Source: Macrostomum lignano (lineage: Eukaryota). From it: 64,000 nt of DNA. The notes under the pieces were generated by a model that worked only from the letters and a program-made list of their open reading frames with translations, did not search any database and was not told the DNA's origin. The stretch covers positions 1-64,000 of the forward strand of contig NIVC01000142.1 of NCBI GenBank assembly GCA_002269645.1, written 5' to 3'. Shown here piece by piece: positions 20,261 through 32,809 of this stretch (position 1 is its first letter; each line of letters opens with the position of its first letter). Made by a program: the position numbers and the translations under genes.

Positions 20261-21863
20261 CCTTTAAGTGTGCAACATTCCTCAGCCCTTCTGGCATACC
20301 AAGTTCTTAAAAATGTTTTTTTTCATTAGGGTTTTTGGTCACAATAATATGCATCAAATATTGTTAGAGATTAGCAATTTATTTTTTTGTTGAAAATGTA
20401 TGCAATAAATAGTTATATTATATTATTGAATGTACTATGCTTAGATTAGTCTGCTACAATGTGGCAACAAAAAATTGCAAATAGGAGAATGACCCAGGCC
20501 AGGACTAAAAGCCATGACCTATAAGTTATTGACAATTGATAACTCTAAAAAATATTAACCATATTACATTAAAAACTTGAAATCTCAAATAGAACATAGA
20601 ACTTTTTAAGGTTTATTTATAGCAAGAAGCCAAGAAAAGACAATTAGATAACAACCCTCTTCCTTTGATAGCAAAGAAGAAGCAATCTAGATTTTGTTAA
20701 AATTAAAACAAAATAGTCACATGAAATATCCATACAATACTATTTAGTTTTATTTCTAGTAATAAAACAAAGTTAGACTATAGAATTTTTTGTAAGACAA
20801 TAATTCAAGTAGATATTTATTCACTAAGATCATATTAAAAATATAGTTATGCCATAGTGTAACATTTTTATATAAAAATTATAGCTATTATAGTTATAAG
20901 ATAACTATTGCAAACAGCTCTGCTGCTAAATATTTAATATTTATTTATATCCAGATGTAATCTTTTTTTAGAAATAGCAAAAATCATAACATTTAATACT
21001 TTAGCCATGGGCCACATCTAAACTCTAAGCATGAGGTTCAAAGATCAAAAAGAGCTAGAATGGTTTATATTAAAAAGTCAATTACCAAATTCAAAGGAAC
21101 TTAATATAAGCAAAAGAAATTTTTCATTGTCAGGAAGCTATTATTAAACAATATATAAGTAGGTTAATACTATTTTATTTATATAGTATTGTGCAAATAA
21201 TGAGTGCCTTAATTCTATCTTGAAAAGCTAATACCAAAGTTGTATCAATTATTAATGGTGTTGTTTTATCTTTTAAAAGTAATATCATAGCCATTGCTAA
21301 ATTTGTAATAGCCTTACTTGCCCTTTGTTGAAGATATCTCACTGTCCCTAATGCCACCAAATCTGTATTATAAAATAGTTAACCTTTGACCTTAAGAAGT
21401 TGGTCTTAACATTAATGAGTATAAAGGTTGAAGTATAAATCTAAAAATACAGGGCCTAAGTATATGTTTAAGTATAGGGGCCTATATCTAAACACATTTG
21501 AGTAATCTTAAGTAAATATGATTCATTGATTCTTATTACTTAAATTCTTACCCTTATAAATTTAAAGTATTATAATTTATATAGCAAGGGCCTTTTAAAA
21601 ATTGGGTTTTTGTGTAAAACAAAAATAAATACAAATACAAACAAGCCATTTGATATTTATTTTGGTCAATTTGTGAATTAAAAAATTATTTCATGAAATC
21701 TCAGATAGACTTAATTTTAAAAGAAAGGGTTCCTGATTTAGTGTATAAAAATAGGCTCCTAGACTCCTACTCCTAGTCCTACGACTCCAATGTAAGATTT
21801 TGATCATTTTGTCAAAAGATATGGAGATAGGACAAAAAGGAGGAAAGACAAGGGGCCTATTGC

Positions 21864-23315
21864 CAGTGTTGGGCACTTCCGTTACCAAGTAACTTGCAAA
21901 TGGTAACGCAAGTTATTTTTTCGTAAAGCGTTCCTTATGCAAGTTACTTTTTTACTAAATTTCGGGAGTCCGTTATACAGGGCCTTTTCATATTGCTTGT
22001 TCTGGTTCCAGAACCAGAACCAATTTGTGAAGTATAACTTTTTGTCTCCATAACTAGAGGGAGATACGTGCTAAAAGTTTTTATTATTGAATGAAAATCG
22101 CCAAGAAGAAAGTGAAAAATTGTGCCAAATTAGGTTGTTAAGGCAGTCAAATATTAACAGAGTTTAATGGTTATACTGCTGTTTTTCTTGGAATTCCGAA
22201 CCGATTCTGGTTCTGGAATTGGTAATATGAAGGCCCACAGTGAGCCTCTTCATATCGCCGGTTCGAAAAACGGAACCAGTTCCGAACCGGTTCGACGCTC
22301 TTCATATTGATGGTTCGAAAAACAGAATCAGTTCCGGAACATGGTTCTGGTTCTAGAATATGGTTCGAGAAATTTTCTCGAACCGTTGTCATGTTTACAC
22401 TTTAAAAGTAAAATATATTTGAAATCGTCAATTTTTATTATTGTTATATAATTATTCCTTTTTTGTCATATCCAAGAGGAAACAAAGTCAAAAAACGACA
22501 AAATTAAATTGTAAATACTGTCAAACATAAAATGGGTTCGAAGCTCCTCATTTCACACTGGTTCTGGTTCTAGAACTCGAATTTATTCTGGTTCTAGAAC
22601 CGATTGCCGTGAAGAGGCTCAGTGTTACTTTGCAACAATTGCAATATTTAAATTTAAAACTAAAATGCTTAGCTAGTACGCCGGTTGTCACATATTTTTG
22701 CATTTTTCATTCCTAAATTTAAAATTAAGTGAATAGTATCATATGGTATTGCGCTTAATTAATGAAGAAATACTTGAAACCTGTTTTACTTTGTTAATTT
22801 CGGTAAAATATTTTCGCCCTCATTTTCGTTACTAAAAATTTTCAAGTTTGATTTAAACAAACAACCAAAGAAAGAAATTCATCTGTAGCCTCCACAAGTC
22901 CCTCCACTGGCACTGCAGTACACTGCACCATTTTATACAGTTCTATTTATTTTACTCTATTGAATTATTAATATTCGTTTATTTTATCATTTATAATTTT
23001 AATTATTGATTGCCATTGCCCATTGGTCCTTCTACTTGCCTCACATCGTGTCGCCAATTCCTGTCTCTGTCTGTTAATCGGTTAATCCCAATGCCCAATG
23101 GCAAATTTTGGTAACAACAATGTGAAAAAATGTGCAATGTGAAAAATGCAGAAAATTTTGTTAATAACATGGGTAACGGAAGTGAGTAACGGACAGTAAC
23201 TTAAAAGTTACCAGGTTTTTGTCTAAAGTTACTAGGCTAACGTAAGTTACTTTTTAAAAATAACTTAAGTTACAGTAACGCAAGTTACTTTTTTTGAGTA
23301 ACTTGCCCAACACTG
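21864..23315. mobile_element. Non-autonomous hAT-superfamily DNA transposon (1452 bp)
   Basis: TIR cagtgttgggca...tgcccaacactg; exact 8-bp TSD cctattgc at 21856-21863 and 23316-23323; subterminal gtaacgcaagtta repeats; no transposase ORF. Confidence 0.92.
22238..22624. mobile_element. Candidate MITE nested inside the hAT element
   Basis: 15-bp inverted repeat with 1 mismatch (cagtgagcctcttca at 22238 / tgaagaggctcagtg at 22610-22624) enclosing many gttctggttc(t/c)agaacc palindromes; TSD not clear. Confidence 0.5.
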
Positions 23316-24344
23316 CCTATTGCACCCGAAGATGGAATCCTTGTATTACTACTATTTGGTATGTCATACGCAAAAAATTCTACTTGTCGCACTTTATGAT
23401 TTTAGAACTTACTCAACTTAATAAATCGCAAAATATTACAGATGGTTTTCTTAGAAAATTAAATTCAAATTCCTGCCAAAGTCGCTTTACTGTATTCATT
23501 TTTGTTTTACGCGCGCAGTTATTACCTTACTATTGCGCATCTGCACTTTTTAATATAATTTTGCGGCATATTTTTTTAAACTTTTGTTACATAATTACAT
23601 TTTTTGCTTAATCACAAAACGTGTTTTTGCAAGGTTTTCCATCCGGGGACGGGAATGCACCCATCCAGCCAAAGCCAAGGTCAATTGAAATCCTTGCATG
23701 GTTGATTCGCCACGCAACTAGCATATGAGCACAACACGAGTATTTAAGAGATGACACTGTTACAGTTCACCAAAGACCTTGGCATGATCGATATCCAAGG
23801 ATATGGTGCCATGCCAAAGAACCTAATTATTTCAAAGCAGGTAATCATATATCTTGAGCAATGCAGGCAGCTAGGGGCCTACGATCCTACTCATATGGTT
23901 AAAGAACACTAGCTTTGACCTACTAGTGTACAGTATATATTCGGTAATAAAAAATTATTCACTTGTGGTCAAGCCATGAACAAGTAGAACACTTACAATT
24001 AGTACCACTAGCAATGTGTATTTATATATATACCTGCCATTACCGCGAATTGCCATACCGTATTTCAGAAGGAATAACGCATATATATGCTTCCGATAAA
24101 CAAGCTCAACACACAGATAGAATGAATTTTCGTCCTGCGCTCGTACAAAAGCAGTCTGCGCCTTCTCAGATCGGACATGTGATTAAACGACACAGCCTGG
24201 AAGCAGTTCTTTTCAGCTTCACAGACGGCAGGTTGTTAATAGGTACAATATTGACTCGGCAAGAGCAGCGGGGAGTTGACCCGGCCGCAGCGCTGGCAGC
24301 CAGCAGCGTCATGGTGGAGTCAGCAAGTGTTAAATTATGAAATT

Positions 24345-24700
24345 AGTTGCGATTCAAGTCGGTCGAGTCGTTTTCAACCAAGACCAGCCAGGAGCTGAAC
24401 AGGGCTCGCAGGCGCTGGATGTTGCAGTGCAGGGAGCTCGGCAGACCGGCCATGCCCTTGCGCATGGTGGTTGCCACTACCACCGCCTAGCTGTGGAGCC
24501 AAGCCCTGCCAGCTGCAGCCCCGATGTAGCGAGTTGTCCAGGTGATCAACAAGCACGTACAGGTACAGCTTCTTGAAGGTGGCGTCAGTTCTGTTAGCTT
24601 CATTCTCAATGTCGAACGGAGACTGGGGAAGCAGCTCCTCATTCGACTGGGATTCCGGTTGCGAATCGAAACTGTTCTGGCTGTTAGTGCTTCTGATGCT
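24345..24700 (-). pseudogene. Frameshifted coding-like segment with weak death-domain resemblance
   Basis: GC-rich island; frame A gives LYVLVDHLDNSLHRGCSWQGLAPQLG, the adjacent frame continues ...NIQRLRALFSSWL. Resemblance is by eye only. Confidence 0.3.
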
Positions 24701-24779
24701 GGCAAAAAGCATAAATACATGTATTAAGGTAGCACCCACTGCCAGGTAGAGACTGGGGACTCGTCCAATGGGAGCAAAT

Positions 24780-25065
<286 letters not shown>

Positions 25066-27313
25066 TTTACTGTTGACAATATAAGCATGCAGCATGCCAA
25101 AATTGAATGAGAAATCTGCATGCAGGAGAAAGTTTTGTTCATAGACAGAATAAACGCCCCTACTATGTTTATTCTTGTGTTTTACTAGTTTCGTGTTCTA
25201 ATTTATCTAAATATATCTGCAACTAGGATTGATTAAGAGCAGAACTGCACGCCTTGAACACGAGCTCAGGTCATTAGTTTTAAAAAAGCCTCGGTTGAAC
25301 TTAAAAGCTCCCGCACTAGCTGCTTGGTTTTTTAGGATTTTTTACTGTTCAAACAGCTGTTTAACTGTGCCTAAACTTAAAAAGCCTGATTTACAAATAA
25401 TTACGTCTGTAGGACGCTACGCCGTTATTGTATTCTTTTCATGTTCATGACAATCCATTCGCTCTAAACGGAAAAGCTATTTACGCATAGAAAGTTTCAA
25501 TTTGCACCTGGTATCTGTGCGTTATTAATTATATACAGTGCAGTTCGACAAAACTATGCATGCCGTAGACGTAGTTCAGTTCCGATGTTTGCATATTGGC
25601 AGTTTAAGTAGTCCCTGTTCTTAGGCTATCAGTAAGCAAGCCAACTTAACTGAAGTAGCGCTGCAGTATGAATCTCTGGAAGAGTACCAAACTTCTCGAT
25701 TAACCAGTTTTTGCATATTCTGATCTCTTGGGTCCTTGATCTTTACCCGGCCTTCTCCGCCCATGTGCCGCGGTATTGCTTACTGTTGCGCAACGTCCCA
25801 ATCTAAGGGGAGGTCGCGGTGGTCAAAGAACCCAAAGAAACCAGTTTTTTCGGAAAGAAATAATTCACTTTTGCTGTGTCAAGATATTTTTCAGCGACTA
25901 TAGGACCTTGAGACTCTTGCCCCTGGCTTTCAAGCTATACATTTTGAGGTGGGCCAAGTTTTAAATTCCCGCCTTCACTATGGAGACGTATATTTTTAGA
26001 AGTTTTGTTTAAACGTGTCTTGTTCCCCACCCCAATTTTCGTATAAATAGAAGTGAGTGAGCTTATAAAATTGAAGAATTGTTCCAAGTCTTCCTTCATT
26101 TGCTAAAAGCTAAGAGCGAATGCTCAGTGGACAAAAGGTAGAAGTTACCAAGATAACAAGACGAATAGTCTAATAGCCAATAGCGGAAACGTGAACAGTA
26201 AAGGCGTAGAGAGCCAATTGACAAGGGAGAAATATCCCAATAGAACTGAACAGACAATGAGAAGTCGTATATGACAAGAGCAAATCCGTAAGAGGAAATT
26301 GAAATTCACGGGGCAACCTCGATCCATTGGAGGGCGCTGCTTTAGGACTTAGTCACCCCCCTCTTTTCCTAGCAATCAGTGTCTTGCCGCTCGGGCACTG
26401 CGCGCTACCGAAGAAATCCGTGCTTACGTGAAAGCCTATAATCTCAATTCCGTAACACCGTATTTAGTAGTTTATGAGAAATCTAGTAGCTAATTTCGTG
26501 GAATTTAAAGAATAATTTAAATACCCCTAGGACAACTTGGTGTCAGCAATTAGGATAAAGCATATAACTTTAATAGCACTACCACAACTTGGTGGCGCAG
26601 TGGGATAAAATAAAATAATAGTAAAGAGGACTACGACAATTTGTTTATAAAATAAGTGAAAGCATTAGTTACATTAATTACGCAGCATTGCAATTCAGTC
26701 AGGTCGGGGTGAGCCAACTGCCAAACTTTGCATTCAGGGTTAGCAAACCAGTATGCCCACGGGACAGTGAATAGGTCTAAGACAGCAACACAGAAAAAAC
26801 TCCGAATATGTGCCCCATATAGCTTGTGCACACTTAGCAGTGCGACGGCGGATGTATTAAACAAAATCTATAGACTGGTATACCACTAGTCTTAAAAGGA
26901 TTTTCGAGCATTTTTTGCTGCAACGATTTTGTCTTATTTACTGTTGCGCACCAATATGCAAAAGTCGCTAGCTACTCCGATAAACATAATTACCAAAACG
27001 GTTATTACGAGTATGAAGTCAGTTACCAAAAGCTTGAGTAGCTTTGATACTTTCTTCCGATGCTCAAATGTTTCAAAACGCAAGCCAAAACTACTGTCTG
27101 TCGATAAATTTGAAATATTTTTCTTTTTTTTTGTTTTTTGTTACCCGAATAGCGTCTTCCTGATTGGTCAGGCTTACTGTAAGGTGATGGAGTTACTCTT
27201 ATTTAATTGTATTATGCGGTGCGGTCATACAAAGCTTCTGTGGTCATTTCGAAGTTCCAATATGCAATGCATGCAAACTTCAATTGATTGTATACTTTTG
27301 GATTGAGTTACTA

Positions 27314-27537
27314 CACCTTTTCACGTTCAATTTTGAACAAAGTCCAGTTCTAAAAAAACTAGCGGAAATTCAATTCAGACAATTCAGACTGGGGCAACAA
27401 AACCCAGTTCAAAACATTCTGCTACGGAAGCGAGGTTTAGCCATAGACAAAATTGTCCCCAGTCTGAATTGTCTGAATTGAATTTCCGCTAGTTTTTTTA
27501 GAACTGGACTTTGTTCAAAATTGAACGTGAAAAGGTG
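27314..27537. mobile_element. Foldback MITE, TA-flanked (Tc1/mariner-type target)
   Basis: About 81-bp essentially perfect TIRs (27314-27394 and 27457-27537; cacctttt...aaaaggtg) around a 62-bp spacer; TA on both sides (27312-13 and 27538-39). Confidence 0.9.
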
Positions 27538-28269
27538 TATTCAGTACTAGAAAATACCACTTCTCGTTTAGCGTAAAATTTTCTTTAAAAATTGTTCAAC
27601 TTTTCAACAACTGGGTGGGAAGTTTTGTTAATCCAGTTAATCCAGTTGCAAGAAAATGCCAATGGACTGCATGACTATACCAACGAATCGAGCTTATTGG
27701 CGCGAATAGAAACTATATACACGAAGACAGGTGCAACACAGAGCTTTGCTGAGCCACACGCACTCATTCACGCCTAGCAGTGCAGTGTTTACTTTAAACT
27801 GTAACTAGCTAATGCGACAACATTTGCATGTGAAATTAATTGGATTTTTATGCAATTCAACCGTAACCAGGCACTGAATCGACAGGTGACCCACGTGCCA
27901 CACAGGAGATTAATTAAACAATTGTTGTATTTTGAGTATGAGTACATAGAATTATTTTATCCAAACGATCAATACGTGTATTAAATATTATTCAGTAAAA
28001 ATTGTCAACAAAAACCATTCTTATCATGCTTACAGAATGCAGGTATGTCAATATAACGAACACAAACCCTGATGAAGACGAAAGATCAGCGCGTTTGAAG
28101 AGAACCTACGGAATAGTTTTGAGAAATAGTTATTGCACAGGAAGACGCCAGCACGGTACAGACATCATCGTCCAACATCAAAGAGTATATCATGATACAC
28201 AACTAGCTACATTTAACTTGAAATTATGGAGAAAGTAAATTAAACGGAAAACAAAATCAAATTGATAAT

Positions 28270-28565
28270 GTATAATATCCCGTCATCTGGAAAGTTTCTA
28301 GCGCTGTTTTTCACAAATTATAATTAGTTAGAGTGAAATAAGCATTCATGTAATATTTACTCAACAAAATAGTTACCTCCCAGCAGCAAAGACGGCCTTC
28401 CAATGAGTTACCCTCCCCTTTCCCATTCGTCTTCGTTGGTTTTCTTCCTTCGTTTCCCATTCGTTTAGTTAGGGATATAACTAAAATATAATTGGAAGTT
28501 GAAATGCCTGGAATGTAAGCTGGATGCGGCAACACCTCCCAGCCCAAGCACAAATTTTTACTTAA
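28270..28565 (-). mobile_element. Degenerate mariner transposase relic
   Basis: Translation KILCLGWEVLPHPAYIPGISTSNY matches the mariner motif LxxLGWEVLPHPPYSPDLAPSDY; stops and drift around it, no intact TIRs seen. Confidence 0.65.
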
Positions 28566-28659
28566 AGATTAATTTCAATGACCAATGTAACCCATTCAAG
28601 ATTGCAAAGCGCCAAAACTTTCGGGATGACGTGATATGTTGACAATCAACATAAGAATG

Positions 28660-30462
28660 TCACAAGTCAACTAAATTTGTGTTCAGCATGTAATGCTCAT
28701 AGCAACATGCCCTTTGCTCTTTAGGCGAAGCAGCTGATTTAAAAAATAGTGACTGAGGATTCTTGTGCCACTTCCAAGTTCGAAAGCCGAGCTTGAATAG
28801 ACCCTGCCAGACCCGAATTAAACGACCATAGTCGCTCTTCTGACGCACGAGTTCACTCGTGTGCGACTCGAAGAGCAGCTGCTTCACATTCGTGAGGCAG
28901 CCTTCGCTGAAAGCTTTCTCAAAGCTGGTCCACTCCCAGTGCTCGATGTCGATTTTCAGTATATCGATCTTCTTGTTCCGGTAGCCAAGCTCGGAAAAGA
29001 GTGTGCACAGAGTTCGCATTTTCCAGCCATTGCCTTCCACTTTATTCTCGGACGAGAGGCCGGTTCGATAGAACCAGGATGTCGTCTTCCGCTGATGGTC
29101 GTTAGCATTCATGCTTGGATCGAACATGTGCACGTTGCAGTGGTACTTGTCGGCGAGAATGTCGTCATAAGACCAGATGTTGTTAATACCAAATGAAAAT
29201 GCAATGCACGGCTTGCTCTCTTCGATGTTAAACGGTCTGCTGAAACAGACGTCCCAGCCGCCGTCGGCGGTGCCTCCTATGCGCATGCTATATGGGCAGT
29301 TGACATGTACCTGTTCAAGAATGCCAAAGTACATTACCTCAAGTTGAACGCTGGTAAGCGAGGTCAGATCCGTCTTGAGAATATCATTCGCTTTGTTAAA
29401 ATTCTTCGCTTTGCTGATCATAAATCGAGCGAAAGGCGGAAGTAGTCTCAAATCTGCTGGGTTTTGGGCCGGTCGATCGTCAGTCAGAAAGTTTATGTTG
29501 ATGTAATAAAGCTCATGACAAAATTTACCGTCAAGATCTTTGTTCAAGCTGCTCCTATAGTTGCAGTTTGTGTTCCAGTTGTGCTTCCATTGTCGAAATC
29601 CGGTATCGTACAATGACTTTAGGACCGAAAAATATTTTTTAAAGTTCTTCTTCGTTCTGGTTTTTTCTATGCGTGTCTCAAGTAGCAGTTGCTTTACATT
29701 GCCAAGTGAGCCGTCGCGCACTGCTGTTTCTAATGCTGGCCATTCTAAAGACTCAACGTCAAACTTTAAAATATCAATTATGAAGTTTTCAGCACCGAAA
29801 CGCTTCAGATGTCCAAGGTAGCTGTCCACAGACCATCCATTGAGGGTACCTTGTTTTGAGTACACGCCTTCTTTAATAAAAGCGACTTTGTCGTTGCGCA
29901 TGTGGCTTTCTTGAGACATTCTTGGATCAAATGCAGTAACTTGGCACCTAAAAGTAGCCGCAACCTCGTCATCGAACTCCCAAATGTTATTGACTCCGAA
30001 CGAGTAGCTGAAGCACGGCTTTGTCGGAGTGAATGGTCCGACAAGGCACAGCTCCCATCCGCCGTTTCCTTTCCGGCCAAATCTTCGTTCGGTTGAACAG
30101 TCTGCTGTAGTCTCCAGCACTACAGATTCGTATAAGTCTTCCAATTCAGCTACGTTCATGCTCTCCAGCTTAGAGCTGGACAGATCGTAGCCACTGCTTC
30201 CCACAGCTATGCGACCATTGCCGAAGTTATAAACTTTATTGCCTCTCGATTTGGATTTACTGACCTGCTGCGTTTCAACCTTCCGCAAGTTGCCAGAGCC
30301 ACCAGTCGATACGGCTTGATGTTTGCCGTCAATGTAGTCTCGGATTGTTGAGTGAAAATTCTGATGATAGCCGCCTCGAATAGTAATGATCACGAGTACT
30401 GCTGCGATGAATAGAGCCAAAGCGCAAAATACGCTTCGCTTGGTACTGATATTCAAAACCAT
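28660..30462 (-). CDS. METTL24: METTL24-like (Methyltransf_22/FkbM-type) protein with N-terminal signal anchor and two tandem methyltransferase domains
   Basis: 600-aa intronless ATG ORF; TM VFCALALFIAAVLVIITI. Duplicated motif series: GGWELC/GGWDVC, YSFGVNNIWEFDD/FSFGINNIWSYDD, FDPRM/FDPSM, IDILKFDVESLEW/IDILKIDIEHWEW, VKQLLLE/VKQLLFE, CHELYYIN/CYEHYMLN. Symbol denotes family, not proven orthology. Confidence 0.85.
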   Translation of the reverse strand: MVLNISTKRSVFCALALFIAAVLVIITIRGGYHQNFHSTIRDYIDGKHQAVSTGGSGNLRKVETQQVSKSKSRGNKVYNFGNGRIAVGSSGYDLSSSKLESMNVAELEDLYESVVLETTADCSTERRFGRKGNGGWELCLVGPFTPTKPCFSYSFGVNNIWEFDDEVAATFRCQVTAFDPRMSQESHMRNDKVAFIKEGVYSKQGTLNGWSVDSYLGHLKRFGAENFIIDILKFDVESLEWPALETAVRDGSLGNVKQLLLETRIEKTRTKKNFKKYFSVLKSLYDTGFRQWKHNWNTNCNYRSSLNKDLDGKFCHELYYININFLTDDRPAQNPADLRLLPPFARFMISKAKNFNKANDILKTDLTSLTSVQLEVMYFGILEQVHVNCPYSMRIGGTADGGWDVCFSRPFNIEESKPCIAFSFGINNIWSYDDILADKYHCNVHMFDPSMNANDHQRKTTSWFYRTGLSSENKVEGNGWKMRTLCTLFSELGYRNKKIDILKIDIEHWEWTSFEKAFSEGCLTNVKQLLFESHTSELVRQKSDYGRLIRVWQGLFKLGFRTWKWHKNPQSLFFKSAASPKEQRACCYEHYMLNTNLVDL

Positions 30463-31189
30463 TGCTCGCGGTGACCTATACTAGCGAGTTGCAATTTTCA
30501 CGTGCTTCTTCTAGCCACAGGGCCCTGCTGCTGGCTCTGTAGCTTCGCAAGCCTTTTTCTTGTGGGTCTTATCTTACTTATGCTAGGCCCGGCTTTTATC
30601 CCGATAAGATATGTATTAGCTAATACAGAAACGAGTGTATGAGTGTATTGAGCTCTAAGGCTGAGAATCACAGTGAAGAATACCTGAACAGTTCGATTGC
30701 AGATTTTTAAAGTGAAGGCGACTCTGAAAGAAACGTTCAGGACCAAAATTTTTACCCACTAATTACGTGCGTTTAGTTGCAATTTATTTTGCTCATTTTA
30801 ACTTTCTATTCGACCTGCATTTTGGGAACCAATCAATGCATTCTACCAACGTGCATAGAATGCTTGTGTGGCTTCAAGTTTGTTCTAATACCCTCTCAAC
30901 AATAATAACCTTTTTAAATCATTGTATCATCACACATCACATCACGCCATCAGCATCACAACATATCAATTTCAGATAATAAAAACCAAAAACGTTGACA
31001 TCATGGTTGACAAGTCCGACAAGGCTGTGTATATACCGAAAAGGCAATAAAAGCTTTACACCTGCGTCACTGACTGTGAAATACTAAATGTTCCTGTTTG
31101 GGTCCCGCTGTGACGAATAAGGCGAATAAGATCGAGAATAGACAGTAGATGGGTGATCTGAGATCTCGGTGTAGTCGTGCAGGTCGCGT

Positions 31190-31382
31190 AGTGTCTCGGT
31201 GGAGCCGTGCGGATCGACTTGGGTCTCGGTGGAGCCGTGCGGATCGACTTGGGTCTCGGTGGAGCCGTGCGGATCGACTTGGGTCTCGGTGGAGCCGTGC
31301 GGATCGACTTGGGTCTCGGTGGAGCCGTGCGGATCGACTTGGGTCTCGGTGGAGCCGTGCGGATCGAGTTGAGTCTCGGTGG
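31190..31382. repeat. 30-bp minisatellite (ggagccgtgcggatcgacttgggtctcggt)n bracketed by a 23-bp direct repeat
   Basis: About 6 copies; tgtgacgaataaggcgaataaga at 31109-31131 and 31397-31419. Confidence 0.93.
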
Positions 31383-31983
31383 GACTTCCAAATTTATGTG
31401 ACGAATAAGGCGAATAAGACGGATTTGTGTAGCGGTTAATTTAGATAGTTCACGATTAGTTAGCAGATCGGCAAGCCGCTTCAACCCTTAGTCTTTTGCT
31501 AGTGCTACTTAAAATTGCTGGATCAGTTAATTAACTAATTGGTGTGCCAAGGTAAACGGCGGAAGAGTTGGTGTAAGGAGGCCAGACAGCGTCACAGCTA
31601 AGGGTTAGCGAGCCTAGGTCGAGAAGCGAAGCAAGGGGAAGGGCGAGAGCGGCTGCTGACTGTAGTGAAAGCATATATTTAAAGGTAAACAGATAACAAC
31701 AACACTCTTCATCCAAAATCCAGACAAACAACCCCCCACGCGGCGCGCAATGTACATGTACAAATTAGAACTACTTTACGACAAATAATAACGATATGAA
31801 TGAAATACAAATAATAGAATAAATACATACGAGGCTACAAAAACAAAGCAATTAACAGTAAAAATAGCGCGATAATAATCCGTACGAATTGTTAAAATAA
31901 ATGAAAGAATACAGTAGTAGTACGGTATGCATATGAAAATAAAGAAATACGATACACGCTTCTACGAATCACACTGTCACACC

Positions 31984-32134
31984 GCCATCGCAACTCCGAA
32001 ATATCATAACTCCGAACTTGCTATCAACGCCCATCATAAACCCGAATTATATCACAAAGCCGAAATATAGAGTGCTAGCAACACCCAACGCTATTTTGGT
32101 TTTCGGAGTTATGATATTTCGGACTTGTGATGCC
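31984..32134. mobile_element. Small MITE-like inverted-repeat element
   Basis: Perfect 22-bp inverted repeat tccgaaatatcataactccgaa (31995-32016) / ttcggagttatgatatttcgga (32102-32123), extendable imperfectly by about 11 bp. Confidence 0.6.
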
Positions 32135-32531
32135 CCCCTTTGTAGGCTTGATTGATTCAACCGTCAATGTCATAGCAGCCACCTGCTTTGGTCAAATTGC
32201 CACCGCAACCATGAGGTGGATTTGCGTCCAATTTGCCGTCTCTTCGCTATCGCAAGGCTCTGTAGCCGCTAGCCATATGTAGTTAAGTATATACCGTACA
32301 GCAAGTATTATCTCTCAAATCTAAGTAGATGTCAAAGCGAACAGTGTGCTCCCTTCAGCTAGCTACTCATAGCTAAGAGCATAGATCTTATGTTCTAATA
32401 TAAGTGTATATATGATCTTTGGTTCAGAGTCCAATTCAGGCAAGCACTGAGTTCGGTAATCAGCATACTGTTCTGCGTACATTTTTATAAAACCCTGCGT
32501 CTATCAACCGGTTAGTGAACAGGATGCCGCA

Positions 32532-32694
32532 CAGGGGCGTAGCCAGGGGGCGGCAATGCAGCTATAGGCCGCAAAATCGGCTGGCAAAAATATATGAAAC
32601 TCACCTAATAGTGCTGGCGCCCCGTTGCTGGCGCCCCTGACACTGGCGCCCCGCTCAAATGACACGCAGCCCCCCCCCCATGGCTACGCCGCAG
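32532..32694. mobile_element. Short hAT-like MITE
   Basis: Ends caggggcgtagcca / tggctacgccgcag (12/14 complementary); internal ctggcgcccc repeats; degenerate flanks atgccgca/atgccacg. Confidence 0.55.
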
Positions 32695-32809
32695 ATGCCA
32701 CGACATCGAGCGGTTTCTTCACACACATTTTTCAATCACCAATTAAATTGCTGAGTTAGAGGGGGGTTATAGCCTTAGAAGAGAGTATAGACTATGTCTG
32801 TTGTAAGGA

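Noticed and set aside
28861-30096. Short ORFs within the METTL24-like gene; similar ones within GPR19, the membrane-protein gene, MED9/GEMIN6 and the AFF-like gene
   Set aside because: Antisense or alternate-frame shadows of real coding sequence with no independent motifs.
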